This document shows positions 9,927 to 20,475 of a stretch of DNA of 64,000 nucleotides, in pieces. Position numbers and translations under genes: made by a program. The notes below the pieces were generated by a model. It worked only from the letters and a program-made list of their open reading frames with translations, did not search any database and was not told the DNA's origin. Source of the stretch: an uncultured Lachnospiraceae bacterium (GTDB lineage: Bacteria > Bacillota > Clostridia > Lachnospirales > Lachnospiraceae); assembly GCA_910587105.1 (NCBI GenBank), contig CAJUMB010000004.1:3918-67917 (forward strand). Reading direction: 5' to 3'. The stretch's first letter is position 1, and every line of letters starts with the position of its first letter.

Positions 9927-10643
9927 ATGAGGACAATGGAAAAAAAAGAACTGCTATATGAGGGAAAAGCAAAGAAAGTATTTACCACAGAGGACCCGGA
10001 AGTGGTGATTGTGGATTACAAAGACGATGCCACTGCTTTCAATGGGGAGAAGAAAGGAACCATTGTGGGAAAGGGTGCCATCAATAACCGGATGAGCAAC
10101 CACATTTTCAAAATGATCGAAAAGGAAGGGGTTCCCACCCATCTGGTGGAGGAACTCAGCGACAGGGAGACAGCTGTGAAAAAGGTGGAAATCGTACCTC
10201 TCGAGGTGATTGTCCGCAATGTGGCTGCCGGAAGCTTTTCCAAGCGGATGGGAGTGGAAGAAGGCAGAGAGCTTCTGTGCCCGATCCTGGAATTCAGCTA
10301 TAAAAACGATGACCTGGGCGATCCCTTTATCAACGATGACTATGCGCTGGCTCTGGGACTGGCTTCCCAGGAGGAAATTGATAAGATTAAAAGTTACACA
10401 AAGACAGTGAATCAGGTGATGAAGGAATATTTTCTGTCTCTGGGGCTCCGGCTGATTGACTTCAAAATCGAATTCGGACGTTTTCATGGAGATATTCTGC
10501 TGGCAGATGAGGTGTCCCCGGATACCTGCAGATTGTGGGATGTGAAGACAAATGAGAAGCTGGATAAGGATAGATTCCGCAGGGATCTGGGGAATGTGGA
10601 AGAAGCATACGAGGAAGTATTTAAACGGCTGGGGATTCAATAA
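9927..10643 (+). CDS. purC: SAICAR synthase
   Basis: [41 protein letters not shown]; alternative start 9936. Confidence 0.97.
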   Translation: MRTMEKKELLYEGKAKKVFTTEDPEVVIVDYKDDATAFNGEKKGTIVGKGAINNRMSNHIFKMIEKEGVPTHLVEELSDRETAVKKVEIVPLEVIVRNVAAGSFSKRMGVEEGRELLCPILEFSYKNDDLGDPFINDDYALALGLASQEEIDKIKSYTKTVNQVMKEYFLSLGLRLIDFKIEFGRFHGDILLADEVSPDTCRLWDVKTNEKLDKDRFRRDLGNVEEAYEEVFKRLGIQ

Positions 10644-10664
10644 GAGAGTCTAGAGAGGGGTTTC

Positions 10665-12122
10665 ATGGGAAAAGAACTGGAACAAATCCACTGCCAGCAG
10701 GAGTCTGGTGATCAATTAAGAGAAGAATGCGGTGTTTTTGGGATTTATGACCTGGATGGGCAGGACGTGGCGTCTACCATCTATTATGGGTTGTTTGCCT
10801 TACAACACAGGGGGCAGGAAAGCTGCGGAATCGCCGTGGGCGATACCAGGGGAAAACAAAGAAGCGTATCTTCCCATAAGGGAATGGGGCTGGTGAACGA
10901 GGTATTTGCGCCGGAAAATCTACAGGCTCTCCATGGAGATATCGGTGTGGGGCATGTGCGTTATTCCACGGCTGGCGCCAGCACCCGGGAGAATGCCCAG
11001 CCTCTGGTGCTCAACTACATCAAAGGTACTTTGGGGGTAGCCCATAACGGAAACTTAATCAATGCCGCTGAGCTTCGCAGGGAACTGGAATATGGAGGCG
11101 CTATTTTCCAGACCACCATCGATTCGGAGGTGATTGCCTATCACATTGCACGGGAGCGGGTTCATACGAAGACGGCGGAGGATGCCGTGGCCAATGCCAT
11201 GAGCAAGATCAAGGGTTCTTATTCGCTGATTATCATGTCTCCCAGGAAGCTGATTGGCACCAGGGACCCTTATGGCTTTAAACCCCTTTGTATTGGAAAA
11301 AGGGATAATGCCTATATTCTGGCTTCAGAGAGCTGTGCGCTGGATACTGTGGGAGCTGAGTATGTGCGGGATGTGGAGCCCGGTGAGATTGTCACCATCA
11401 CAAAAGACGGGAAGATTCATTCAGACAGGCGGATGTGTATAGAACCCCAGGAGCAGGGACGCTGTATTTTTGAATATATTTATTTTGCCAGACCGGACAG
11501 TGAGATTGACGGGGTGGGGGTATATTCATCCAGAATCCGGGCGGGACGTTTCCTGGCCATAGATTCCCCGGTTGAGGCTGATTTGGTGGTAGGCGTGCCG
11601 GAGTCAGGCAATGCGGCGGCGCTGGGGTACTCTATGGAATCCGGGATTCCGTATGGAACTGCATTTGTAAAGAACAGCTATGTGGGCAGGACATTTATTA
11701 AGCCGGGCCAGAGCAGCCGGGAGTCCAGCGTTCAGGTAAAACTCAATGTACTCAAGGAAGCCGTTGACGGAAAACGGGTTATTATGATTGACGACTCCAT
11801 TGTGAGGGGAACCACCAGCGACCGGATTGTACGGATGCTGAGAAAGGCCGGGGCTGTGGAAGTCCATATGCGGGTCAGCTCGCCGCCTTTTTTGTGGCCC
11901 TGCTATTTTGGCACAGACGTGCCCGCCAGAGAGCAGTTAATCGCCTATAACCGGTCTGTGGAGGAAATCTGCCAGATTATCGGCGCGGACAGTCTGGCCT
12001 ATCTGAATCTGGACAGGCTTTCTGAGCTGGCACCGGGGCTGTCAGTCTGCCAGGGCTGCTTTACCGGAAGATATCCTATGGAGCCTCCTTCAGAAGACAT
12101 CCGGGGTGACTACGAAAAATAA
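10665..12122 (+). CDS. purF: Amidophosphoribosyltransferase
   Basis: EECGVFG, QHRGQES, GHVRYST, DDSIVRGTT. Confidence 0.97.
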   Translation: MGKELEQIHCQQESGDQLREECGVFGIYDLDGQDVASTIYYGLFALQHRGQESCGIAVGDTRGKQRSVSSHKGMGLVNEVFAPENLQALHGDIGVGHVRYSTAGASTRENAQPLVLNYIKGTLGVAHNGNLINAAELRRELEYGGAIFQTTIDSEVIAYHIARERVHTKTAEDAVANAMSKIKGSYSLIIMSPRKLIGTRDPYGFKPLCIGKRDNAYILASESCALDTVGAEYVRDVEPGEIVTITKDGKIHSDRRMCIEPQEQGRCIFEYIYFARPDSEIDGVGVYSSRIRAGRFLAIDSPVEADLVVGVPESGNAAALGYSMESGIPYGTAFVKNSYVGRTFIKPGQSSRESSVQVKLNVLKEAVDGKRVIMIDDSIVRGTTSDRIVRMLRKAGAVEVHMRVSSPPFLWPCYFGTDVPAREQLIAYNRSVEEICQIIGADSLAYLNLDRLSELAPGLSVCQGCFTGRYPMEPPSEDIRGDYEK

Positions 12123-12154
12123 AAGGAACAGATGTGATTGCAAAGGAGATACAG

Positions 12155-13588
12155 ATGAATACGGAAATTTACCAAAGCCCTTTGTCGGAGCGTTATGCCA
12201 GCAGAGAAATGCAGTATATATTTTCTCCAGCCATGAAATTTAAGACCTGGAGACGGCTGTGGATTGCCCTGGCGGAGACAGAGAAGGAACTGGGTCTTCC
12301 CATTACCCAGGAGCAGATTGATGAGCTGAAAGCACATGTGGAGGACATTAATTTTGACGTGGCCAGGGAGCGGGAGCGCCAGGTGCGCCACGACGTCATG
12401 TCCCATGTGTATGCCTATGGCGTTCAGTGTCCAAAAGCCAAGGGGATTATCCACCTGGGCGCCACATCTTGTTATGTGGGGGACAATACGGACATTATCG
12501 TTATGACGAAAGCTTTGAAACTGGTGAAGCGTAAGCTTTTGAATGTACTGGAGAAGCTGGCAGGGTTTGCACAGGAATATAAGAGTCTGCCCACACTTGC
12601 TTTCACCCATTTCCAGCCGGCACAGCCAACTACTGTGGGAAAACGGGCATCCCTGTGGATGCAGGAATTCCTGCTGGATCTAGAGGATTTGGACCATGTG
12701 CTGGGTAATATGAAAATTTTGGGTTCCAAAGGAACGACAGGGACTCAGGCCAGCTTTCTGGAATTGTTCGAGGGGCGTCAGGAAGTTGTGGACAAGCTGG
12801 ACCCCATGATTGCAGAGAAAATGGGATTTCAGGCGTGTTATCCTGTCTCCGGACAGACCTATTCCCGGAAAGTGGACACCCGTGTGATTAACGTGCTGGC
12901 GGGGATTGCGGCCAGCGCTCATAAATTTTCCAACGATATTCGTCTGCTTCAGCACTTAAAAGAAGTGGAAGAACCTTTTGAAAAGGACCAGATCGGTTCC
13001 TCAGCCATGGCATACAAGAGAAATCCCATGCGCAGTGAGCGGATTGCCTCATTGTCCAGGTATGTGATGGTGGATGCCCTGAATCCTGCCATTACGTCGG
13101 CTGTCCAGTGGTTTGAGCGGACACTGGATGATTCGGCCAATAAGCGGCTGAGCATACCGGAAGGATTTCTGGCAGTGGACGGTATTTTGGATCTATGCCT
13201 GAATGTGGTGGATGGGCTGGTGGTCTATCCCAAAGTGATTCATAAGCGCCTGATGGCAGAACTGCCGTTTATGGCCACAGAGAATATTCTCATGGACGCT
13301 GTGAAAGCCGGCGGGGACCGCCAGGAGCTTCATGAGCGCATCCGGGAACTTTCCATGGAGGCGGCAAAAAATGTGAAAGCAGAGGGAAAAGAAAATAATC
13401 TGCTGGAATTAATCGCCGCAGACCCGGCCTTCAGCCTTACGCTGGAGGAGCTGCAAGATACTATGGACCCGGCAAAATATGTGGGCTGTGCCCCCCATCA
13501 GGTGGATGTATTCCTGGAACAGGTGGTGAATCCCATACTTGAGGAGAACCGGGACCTTTTGGGAATGACAGCAAAGATTCATGTGTAA
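12155..13588 (+). CDS. purB: Adenylosuccinate lyase
   Basis: RHDVM, THFQPAQ, GSSAMAYKRNP; ATG 12155 behind AAAGGAG. Confidence 0.95.
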   Translation: MNTEIYQSPLSERYASREMQYIFSPAMKFKTWRRLWIALAETEKELGLPITQEQIDELKAHVEDINFDVARERERQVRHDVMSHVYAYGVQCPKAKGIIHLGATSCYVGDNTDIIVMTKALKLVKRKLLNVLEKLAGFAQEYKSLPTLAFTHFQPAQPTTVGKRASLWMQEFLLDLEDLDHVLGNMKILGSKGTTGTQASFLELFEGRQEVVDKLDPMIAEKMGFQACYPVSGQTYSRKVDTRVINVLAGIAASAHKFSNDIRLLQHLKEVEEPFEKDQIGSSAMAYKRNPMRSERIASLSRYVMVDALNPAITSAVQWFERTLDDSANKRLSIPEGFLAVDGILDLCLNVVDGLVVYPKVIHKRLMAELPFMATENILMDAVKAGGDRQELHERIRELSMEAAKNVKAEGKENNLLELIAADPAFSLTLEELQDTMDPAKYVGCAPHQVDVFLEQVVNPILEENRDLLGMTAKIHV

Positions 13589-13607
13589 AAATTCCTGAAT
13601 ATGAAGA

Positions 13608-13655
13608 ATAGAAAAGCCGGACAGTACATAAGATGATACTGTTCGGTTTTTCTAA
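13608..13655 (+). terminator. Intrinsic terminator after purB
   Basis: agaaaagccggacagta...tactgttcggtttttct stem with T-run. Confidence 0.65.
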
Positions 13656-13677
13656 TTATTGTAAGGGAGAAAAGCAT

Positions 13678-15426
13678 ATGGATGTTTTTGACGTACTGGC
13701 CATGGCAGGGGGCTTATCGCTGTTTCTGTTCGGCATGAGTGTGATGGGACAGGCTCTGGAACGCCGGGCCGGTGAGAAATTAAGCGGTCTGCTGGGAAGA
13801 CTGACCACCAATAGGGCAGCAGGACTTTTGACCGGGCTTGTGGTCACTGCGGTGATTCAGAGTTCTTCTGCGGCTACAGTTATGGTGGTGGGATTTGCCA
13901 ATTCCGGGCTGATGACTCTGCGGCAGGCAGTGAATGTGATCATGGGGGCAAATATTGGAACAACGGTTACCGCATGGGTGCTGAGCCTTGCCGGAATCGA
14001 GAGCGGCAATATATTTGTAAAATTGCTGAAGCCATCTTCCTTTACCCCTGTGCTGGCCCTGGCAGGGATTATTTTCTATATGTTCTGCAAAAGCGCGAAA
14101 AAGAAAGATACAGGAATGATTTTTCTGGGATTTGCCACTTTGATGACCGGAATGGAAACCATGTCAGGCGCTGTGGCAGGACTGGGACAGGTTCCGGCAT
14201 TTCAAAATCTCTTTTTAGTATTTCAAAACCCTTTTCTGGGGGTGCTGGCAGGAGCGGTGCTCACAGCCGTAATTCAGTCCAGCTCTGCCTCTGTAGGAAT
14301 TTTACAGGCCCTTGCTGTCACCGGGCAGGTGTCCTATGGCGCCGCGGTTCCCATTATCATGGGGCAGAATATCGGCACCTGTGTGACAGCAATGTTATCT
14401 TCCATTGGAGCAAATAAAAATGCCAGGCGGGCAGCCATGGTGCATTTATCTTTTAATGTAATCGGTTCGGCGGTGTGGCTGACAGTCTTTTGGATTATCA
14501 AAATAGTATTTCGTCCCTCCTTTTTGGGGGAGGCGGCATCTCTGCTGGGTATTGCTGCAGCCCACACGGTTTTTAATGTTCTGTGTACCCTGTTGATGCT
14601 GCCTCTGTCAGGCTTTCTGGAACAGCTGGTGAACCGTCTGGTTCCGGATACCAGAGAGCCGGAAATACAGACAGAACTGGATGAGCGTCTGCTGGCCGCT
14701 CCTTTCGCGGCACTGGAGCGGTGCCAGAAAGTGGCGGGGGATATGGCCTCTGCCGCGGTGTCAGCGCTTACAGAAAGTCTGGATTATCTTTATGGGAAGC
14801 AGGCGAAAGACCCGGTATCCATCCATGAAAAAGAAGAAAAGACAGACCGCTTTGAGGATATTTTGAGCACGTATCTGATTCAGCTGAGCACACGGCAGAT
14901 CAATGAATCTGACAGTGCAGAGGCGGCCAAGCTGCTGAAAATAATCGGAGACTTTGAGCGCATCGCAGACCATGCCGTAAATATTTTAGAATCTGCAGAA
15001 GAAATGAGAAAAAAGAAACTGGCCTTTTCCGCTGCCGCTGACGCAGAGCTGGCGGTGATCACCTCAGCAGTAAGGGAAATCCTTGATTTGTCCCTCACAG
15101 CTTTTCTGGACAATGATATGGAGGCTGCATCCATGGTAGAACCCCTGGAGCAGGTGATTGACGGGCTGAAAGAAAAAATGCGCACCAGGCATATTTTCCG
15201 TCTCCAGCAGGGAGGATGCTCCATGGAGACCGGGTTTATCTGGTCCGACCTGCTCACAGACCTAGAACGCACGGCGGACCACTGTTCCAACATTGCAGGA
15301 TGTATCATGGATCTCAGGAACCAGAGCATGAATCTCCACGAATCTCTGCGGAATATGCGGCAGGAGGACCCTCAGTTCAGAGACAGATATGCAGTCTATG
15401 TGGAAAAATATCCCCTGGCGTGGTGA
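13678..15426 (+). CDS. Na+/phosphate cotransporter with PhoU domains
   Basis: Two QSSS repeats with G(A/Q)NIGT; C-terminal ERIADH / ERTADH PhoU motifs. Confidence 0.92.
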   Translation: MDVFDVLAMAGGLSLFLFGMSVMGQALERRAGEKLSGLLGRLTTNRAAGLLTGLVVTAVIQSSSAATVMVVGFANSGLMTLRQAVNVIMGANIGTTVTAWVLSLAGIESGNIFVKLLKPSSFTPVLALAGIIFYMFCKSAKKKDTGMIFLGFATLMTGMETMSGAVAGLGQVPAFQNLFLVFQNPFLGVLAGAVLTAVIQSSSASVGILQALAVTGQVSYGAAVPIIMGQNIGTCVTAMLSSIGANKNARRAAMVHLSFNVIGSAVWLTVFWIIKIVFRPSFLGEAASLLGIAAAHTVFNVLCTLLMLPLSGFLEQLVNRLVPDTREPEIQTELDERLLAAPFAALERCQKVAGDMASAAVSALTESLDYLYGKQAKDPVSIHEKEEKTDRFEDILSTYLIQLSTRQINESDSAEAAKLLKIIGDFERIADHAVNILESAEEMRKKKLAFSAAADAELAVITSAVREILDLSLTAFLDNDMEAASMVEPLEQVIDGLKEKMRTRHIFRLQQGGCSMETGFIWSDLLTDLERTADHCSNIAGCIMDLRNQSMNLHESLRNMRQEDPQFRDRYAVYVEKYPLAW

Positions 15427-15563
15427 GAAAACAGCAGTCCCGCCCGTATAAAAAAGGTATTCTGCCGGAAGTTGCCGTTGAAAATTATCTGATGATGTAC
15501 TATAATAAACCAGTAATGCAAGAAACAGGTAAGAAAATTCAGAACTACGGGAGGTACTGCCAA

Positions 15564-16841
15564 ATGGTTAAAGCGATTGTGGGAGCTAACTGGGGAGATG
15601 AAGGGAAAGGGAAGATAACGGATGTGCTGGCCAAGGAATCGGATATCATCGTCAGATTTCAGGGAGGAGCAAATGCAGGCCATACCATTGTAAATGATTA
15701 TGGGAAATTTGCCCTGCACACTTTGCCTTCGGGAGTGTTCTATGACCACACCACCAGTATTCTTGGAAATGGCGTGGCCGTGAACATTCCTGTATTATTT
15801 AAGGAAATCCAGGAAATTGTGGACAGAGGCGTGCCAAAGCCGAAGATTTTTGTCTCAGACCGGGCGCAGATTGTGATGCCGTACCATATTCTGCTGGACG
15901 CGTATGAAGAGGAAAGGCTGGCCGGCAGGTCTTTCGGCTCTACAAAATCGGGGATTGCGCCTTTCTACTCGGATAAATATGCCAAAATCGGCTTTCAAAT
16001 CAGTGAACTGTTCGGCAGTGAAGATGCATTGATGGATAAGGTGAAGCAGGTCTGTGATATTAAGAATGTGCTGGTGGAGCACCTTTATCACAAGCCGCTG
16101 CTGCAGCCGGATGAGATATTAAAAGAGCTGCTGTCTTACAAAGAGATGGTAGAGCCTTATGTGTGTAATGTGTCCGCCTATCTGTATCAGGCACTGAAAG
16201 AAGGAAAAGAGATTCTGCTGGAGGGACAGCTGGGTTCGTTGAAAGATCCGGACCACGGGATTTATCCCATGGTAACTTCGTCGTCTACTCTGGCGGCTTA
16301 TGGTGCCATTGGGGCAGGGATACCTCCCTATGAGATTAAGAAGATTATCACAGTGGTAAAAGCATATTCCAGCGCGGTGGGAGCCGGAGAATTCGTATCT
16401 GAGATTTTTGGAGAGGAAGCCGATGAGCTGCGGCGCAGAGGCGGAGACGGGGGCGAATACGGAGCAACTACCGGAAGGCCGCGCCGTATGGGATGGTTTG
16501 ATGTAGTGGCCAGTAAATACGGATGCCGGATTCAGGGGACTACAGATGTGGCGTTTACAGTGCTGGATGTACTGGGATACTTAGATGAGATACCTGTGTG
16601 CACCGGATATGAGATTGACGGAAAGGTGACTACGGAATTTCCGGTGACAACAGATTTGAAAAAGGCAAAGCCTGTGCTGGAGGTTCTGCCGGGCTGGAAA
16701 TGTGACATACGGGGAATCAAAGAGTACCGTGAACTTCCGGAAAACTGCAGAAAGTACGTGGAGTTTGTGGAGGAAAAGATTGGATTTCCCATCACCATGG
16801 TATCCAACGGACCGGGAAGAGAAGATATTATATATAGATAA
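15564..16841 (+). CDS. purA: Adenylosuccinate synthetase
   Basis: WGDEGKGK, QGGANAGHT, GATTGRPRRMGW; ATG 15564 behind GGAGG. Confidence 0.97.
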   Translation: MVKAIVGANWGDEGKGKITDVLAKESDIIVRFQGGANAGHTIVNDYGKFALHTLPSGVFYDHTTSILGNGVAVNIPVLFKEIQEIVDRGVPKPKIFVSDRAQIVMPYHILLDAYEEERLAGRSFGSTKSGIAPFYSDKYAKIGFQISELFGSEDALMDKVKQVCDIKNVLVEHLYHKPLLQPDEILKELLSYKEMVEPYVCNVSAYLYQALKEGKEILLEGQLGSLKDPDHGIYPMVTSSSTLAAYGAIGAGIPPYEIKKIITVVKAYSSAVGAGEFVSEIFGEEADELRRRGGDGGEYGATTGRPRRMGWFDVVASKYGCRIQGTTDVAFTVLDVLGYLDEIPVCTGYEIDGKVTTEFPVTTDLKKAKPVLEVLPGWKCDIRGIKEYRELPENCRKYVEFVEEKIGFPITMVSNGPGREDIIYR

Positions 16842-16916
16842 TCAGCAGCAATTCGGTGAACCACAGGGCCGGGGCAAAAGGCGCGTTCTGCGCGGTTTTG
16901 TTCCGGCCTTGTTTCG

Positions 16917-17123
16917 TTATTTTTTGTCAGACTTATGGGTCCAGCGGTATACCAGCATACAGGCGTACACAATGACAGGGATGCCGATTGTGCACGCCAG
17001 GGACAACTGGAACCAGCGGCCTGCCTCAGGGCCATTCATCAAAGCGGTAAATAATGTGAAACCGTAAAGCCCCAGCAGGAAGATCACGCCGGCCAGTGCC
17101 AGGATTCGTTTAATTTTCTTCAT
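16917..17123 (-). CDS. Small membrane protein (2 TM)
   Basis: GGAGG RBS, MKKIKR start and two hydrophobic segments. Confidence 0.7.
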   Translation of the reverse strand: MKKIKRILALAGVIFLLGLYGFTLFTALMNGPEAGRWFQLSLACTIGIPVIVYACMLVYRWTHKSDKK

Positions 17124-17444
17124 TTTATTCCTCCGTTTCAACTTTAATTTTATAAGGAGAAGGTTCGGGTGTCAATGAAAAAATGTTGACAATTAAAAAA
17201 GAAGATGATATGATTTGCGTAAAATTTAGTGTTATAATCAAAATTGTGTCAAAATTGAGCGGGTAAGAAGGGATGCAGTATCCCCCGGAAGTTTTTCTGG
17301 AGTTTATACGGGATTGTCAAAAACAGGCAGCTCTCACCATAGAAAATTTAGACATACAATTTGGCAGGGCATCTATTGCGGTTCTGGAGGACTTTTTCCG
17401 CCGCATATGAATATACTACTAATGTAAGGGAGGGATTATTTTTT

Positions 17445-17702
17445 ATGAAGGAATTTCAGCATGTTTTACAGAACAAATTAGGCCTTCATGCGAAACCGGC
17501 CGGTGAGTTTGTACAGATGGTAAAGAGTCTGGATTCGGCTGTGACAGTGGAAAAGGGCGGCCAGGTGGTCAGCGCGGATAAGCTGCTGGCGCTGGCATCT
17601 TTGGACGTGCATAAGGGCGACACGATTACGATCACGTTTGAAAATGATGTAAGCGACGAAGAAGTGAACAGATTCAAAGAATTTGCAGAAAAACATTTAT
17701 AA
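17445..17702 (+). CDS. HPr-family phosphocarrier protein
   Basis: GLHAKPA active-site His motif; 85 aa; GGAGG RBS. Confidence 0.88.
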   Translation: MKEFQHVLQNKLGLHAKPAGEFVQMVKSLDSAVTVEKGGQVVSADKLLALASLDVHKGDTITITFENDVSDEEVNRFKEFAEKHL

Positions 17703-17733
17703 GAAAGTACGAAGGGATTATGGAGGAGAGGGC

Positions 17734-18219
17734 ATGTTGATTGCTGATTTGTTATGTCCGCAATGTATAGAACTGCATGGCAGATCAGGAACCAAGACAG
17801 AGGTGATCGGTCATCTGATAGACTTGGTGATGAAAAGCGGCAGGATCTCTGACAGAAAGGCTTTCGAGAAAACGGTATTTCAGAGAGAACGGGAGATCAG
17901 CACAGGGATTGGAGACGGTATTGGGATTCCTCACGGGATTTGCAGCGGGGTGAACACTCTGGTATTAAGTGCCATGGTGATTCCAGGAGGAACGGATTTT
18001 GAGGCCATTGATCATCAGCCGGTGGATCTGCTGTTTATGATTGTAATACCCAGCCAGAAGAGGGATATGTATCTGCATTTTTTAAGCAGGATTTCCAAGT
18101 ATTTACTGGAGGAGAAATTCACAAGGGCACTGCGCCGTGCCCGTACTGCAGAAGAATTCATCCGCGTCTTCAGAAGGGAGATTCCGGCACGGCAGTTTAA
18201 ATTTGAAAATGTATCTTAA
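17734..18219 (+). CDS. PTS EIIA component (fructose/Ntr type)
   Basis: RE..STGIGDGIGIPHG motif; GGAGG RBS before ATG 17734. Confidence 0.88.
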   Translation: MLIADLLCPQCIELHGRSGTKTEVIGHLIDLVMKSGRISDRKAFEKTVFQREREISTGIGDGIGIPHGICSGVNTLVLSAMVIPGGTDFEAIDHQPVDLLFMIVIPSQKRDMYLHFLSRISKYLLEEKFTRALRRARTAEEFIRVFRREIPARQFKFENVS

Positions 18220-18234
18220 ATTTAAAATATATGC

Positions 18235-18262
18235 TTGTCATTTTATGAGTATATGATATAAT
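18235..18262 (+). promoter_or_regulatory. Putative promoter of the fol operon
   Basis: TTGTCA-16 bp-TATAAT with TGn extended -10. Confidence 0.6.
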
Positions 18263-18345
18263 TGCTCCAGAGCCTGTATGAATATTCAGACAAGCTTTTG
18301 GAGCATTTTAAAATTAATATAATAGGTCATATTTACGAATAATAT

Positions 18346-18465
18346 GCAAAATAGATTTCTATGCGTAAAGTGTTCGGCGGATAGGGAGTTGCTGCTGAAA
18401 CGAAAAGTTATCTGGTAAAGAGAGCTCTTAACTTTAACTTGCGATATGGGAATCGCACCCGTTGC
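18346..18465 (+). ncRNA. THF riboswitch aptamer
   Basis: GCAAAATAG..TATGCGTAAAGTG..GGATAGGGAGTTGC..AACGAAAAG..TTGCGATAT..CGCACCCGTTGC follows the THF riboswitch consensus; lies upstream of folE. Confidence 0.88.
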
Positions 18466-18479
18466 GACAGTTGAGCCAG

Positions 18480-18542
18480 ACATCTCATATTGTGTAGGGA
18501 ATATTTTGGACATATGTTCTGCACATGATGGAGATGTTTTTT
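18480..18542 (+). terminator. Attenuator terminator downstream of the THF aptamer
   Basis: acatctc...gagatgt long stem followed by a T-run, upstream of the folE RBS. Confidence 0.65.
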
Positions 18543-18602
18543 CATTATACGATGTTAAAAACATTCTCCGGATATGCGTATGATGGAAAGGAGAATATTT
18601 TC

Positions 18603-19160
18603 ATGCTGGACGAGCAGAAAATTGAGGAAGGTGTACGGTTACTTTTGGAAGGAATCGGTGAGGATGTGAACCGGGAAGGGCTGAGAGAAACTCCGGGCCG
18701 CGTCGCCAGAATGTGCCGGGAAATTTATGGTGGTATGTGGCAGGATGCGGGAGTACATCTTGCGAAGCAGTTTGAAGCGGATAACAATGAACTGGTGCTG
18801 GAGAAGGACATCACATTTTACTCCATGTGTGAGCACCATCTGCTTCCTTTTTATGGAAAAGCCCACATTGCTTACATACCCAATGGAAAAGTGGCGGGAT
18901 TGAGTAAACTGGCCCGTACAGTGGAGGTATATGCCCGCAGGGCACAGATTCAGGAAAAATTAACTGCTCAGATTGCAGATGCTCTCTGGGAGCATTTGAA
19001 TCCACAGGGCGTGATGGTTATCGTAGAGGCAGAGCATATGTGTATGACTATGCGCGGAGTCAAGAAACCGGGCAGTAAGACCATGAGTTATGCCACAAGA
19101 GGCTCTATAAAAGAAGACCCGCAGATGCAGCGGATGATTCTGGAGATGGTGAAAGAGTGA
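18603..19160 (+). CDS. folE: GTP cyclohydrolase I
   Basis: [37 protein letters not shown]. Confidence 0.96.
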   Translation: MLDEQKIEEGVRLLLEGIGEDVNREGLRETPGRVARMCREIYGGMWQDAGVHLAKQFEADNNELVLEKDITFYSMCEHHLLPFYGKAHIAYIPNGKVAGLSKLARTVEVYARRAQIQEKLTAQIADALWEHLNPQGVMVIVEAEHMCMTMRGVKKPGSKTMSYATRGSIKEDPQMQRMILEMVKE

Positions 19161-19645
19161 ACCGGGTAAATCAGATTCTGTCTCATCCCCTTTACCGCCA
19201 GGCGCTGGAAAAGACAGAACTTTTGGAAAAAGACAGAGAATTCTGCCGTCATAACATGGCACATTTTCTTGATGTGGCCCGTATTGCATATATTCATTGT
19301 CTGGAACAGGGGATGGATGTGAAAAAGGATGTGGTCTACGGGGCTGCTCTTCTCCATGATATCGGCAGATATCAGCAGTATGAGGCGGGGATTCCCCATG
19401 AGACAGCCAGTGCCAGGCTGGCCCAGGAGATTCTGCCCCAGTGCTCTTATTCCGAAGAAGAACAGCGGCAGATTCAGGAGGCTGTTTTAGGGCACCGCCG
19501 AAAGGATAAGAAGCAGCAGGAAAGTTTGGGACTGGGCGGACTGCTTTACCAGGCGGACAAGCAGTCCAGGAACTGCTTTGTCTGTTCTGCCAGGGAAGCG
19601 TGCAACTGGCCAAAAGACAAGATGAATGAAGGAATACAGGATTAA
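19157..19645 (+). CDS. HD-domain phosphohydrolase
   Basis: H...H, LLHDIGR, GH, ADK motifs; GTGA overlap with folE. Confidence 0.88.
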   Translation: MNRVNQILSHPLYRQALEKTELLEKDREFCRHNMAHFLDVARIAYIHCLEQGMDVKKDVVYGAALLHDIGRYQQYEAGIPHETASARLAQEILPQCSYSEEEQRQIQEAVLGHRRKDKKQQESLGLGGLLYQADKQSRNCFVCSAREACNWPKDKMNEGIQD

Positions 19646-19665
19646 AAGAAAGCATAGGTGGTTGT

Positions 19666-20472
19666 ATGAAAATCGGCAGCAGGATATTCGATACGAATCG
19701 GAAATGTTATGTCATGGGTATTCTTAATGTGACGCCGGATTCTTTTTCAGATGGGGGAAAATGGAATACTCTGGATCGGGCTTTACAGCATACACAGGAT
19801 ATGATTGACCAGGGGGCAGATATTATTGATGTGGGCGGTGAGTCCACAAGACCGGGGCATGTGCAGATTTCAGAGCAGGAAGAAATTGACCGGGTAGTGC
19901 CGGTGATCGAGGCAGTAAACAGCAGATTTGATATCCCCATATCTGTAGATACCTATAAAAGCAAAGTGGCAGAGCCGGCCATTCGGGCAGGGGCAGACCT
20001 TGTGAATGATATCTGGGGCCTGAAATATGACCCGGAGATGGCTGGATTGATTGCACGGACAGGGACGGCGTGCTGTCTGATGCATAACAGAGAAAAAGCG
20101 GATTATCAACACTTTATGAAAGAGTTTATAGAGGATCTAGGGGAATCTGTACGGATTGCAGAAAAAGCAGGTATTGCAGAAGACAAGATTATCCTGGATC
20201 CAGGCGTGGGATTTGGAAAGACATATGAACACAACCTGGAAGTAATGAGGGAGCTGTCTCAGATGCATCAGTATGGGTACCCGGTACTGCTGGGGACATC
20301 CAACAAATCGGTGATCGGCCTGGCTTTGGATCTGCCTGCGGAAGAGCGTCTGGAAGGAACTCTGGCCACCACTGCAGTGGGTGTGATGAATCACTGCGCT
20401 TTTGTCCGGGTACACCGGGTTTTGGAAAATAAGCGGGTCATTCAAATGACAGAAGCGATTATGGGCAGGTAG
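19666..20472 (+). CDS. folP: Dihydropteroate synthase
   Basis: MGILNVTPDSFSDGG, GGESTRPG, LDPGVGFGK. Confidence 0.97.
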   Translation: MKIGSRIFDTNRKCYVMGILNVTPDSFSDGGKWNTLDRALQHTQDMIDQGADIIDVGGESTRPGHVQISEQEEIDRVVPVIEAVNSRFDIPISVDTYKSKVAEPAIRAGADLVNDIWGLKYDPEMAGLIARTGTACCLMHNREKADYQHFMKEFIEDLGESVRIAEKAGIAEDKIILDPGVGFGKTYEHNLEVMRELSQMHQYGYPVLLGTSNKSVIGLALDLPAEERLEGTLATTAVGVMNHCAFVRVHRVLENKRVIQMTEAIMGR

Positions 20473-20475
20473 AAC

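Noticed and set aside
15427..15563. Purine riboswitch before purA
   Set aside because: Only a promoter-like TTGAAA/TATAAT and a short leader are present, with no aptamer core. The ORF-track start at 15216 is an over-extension.
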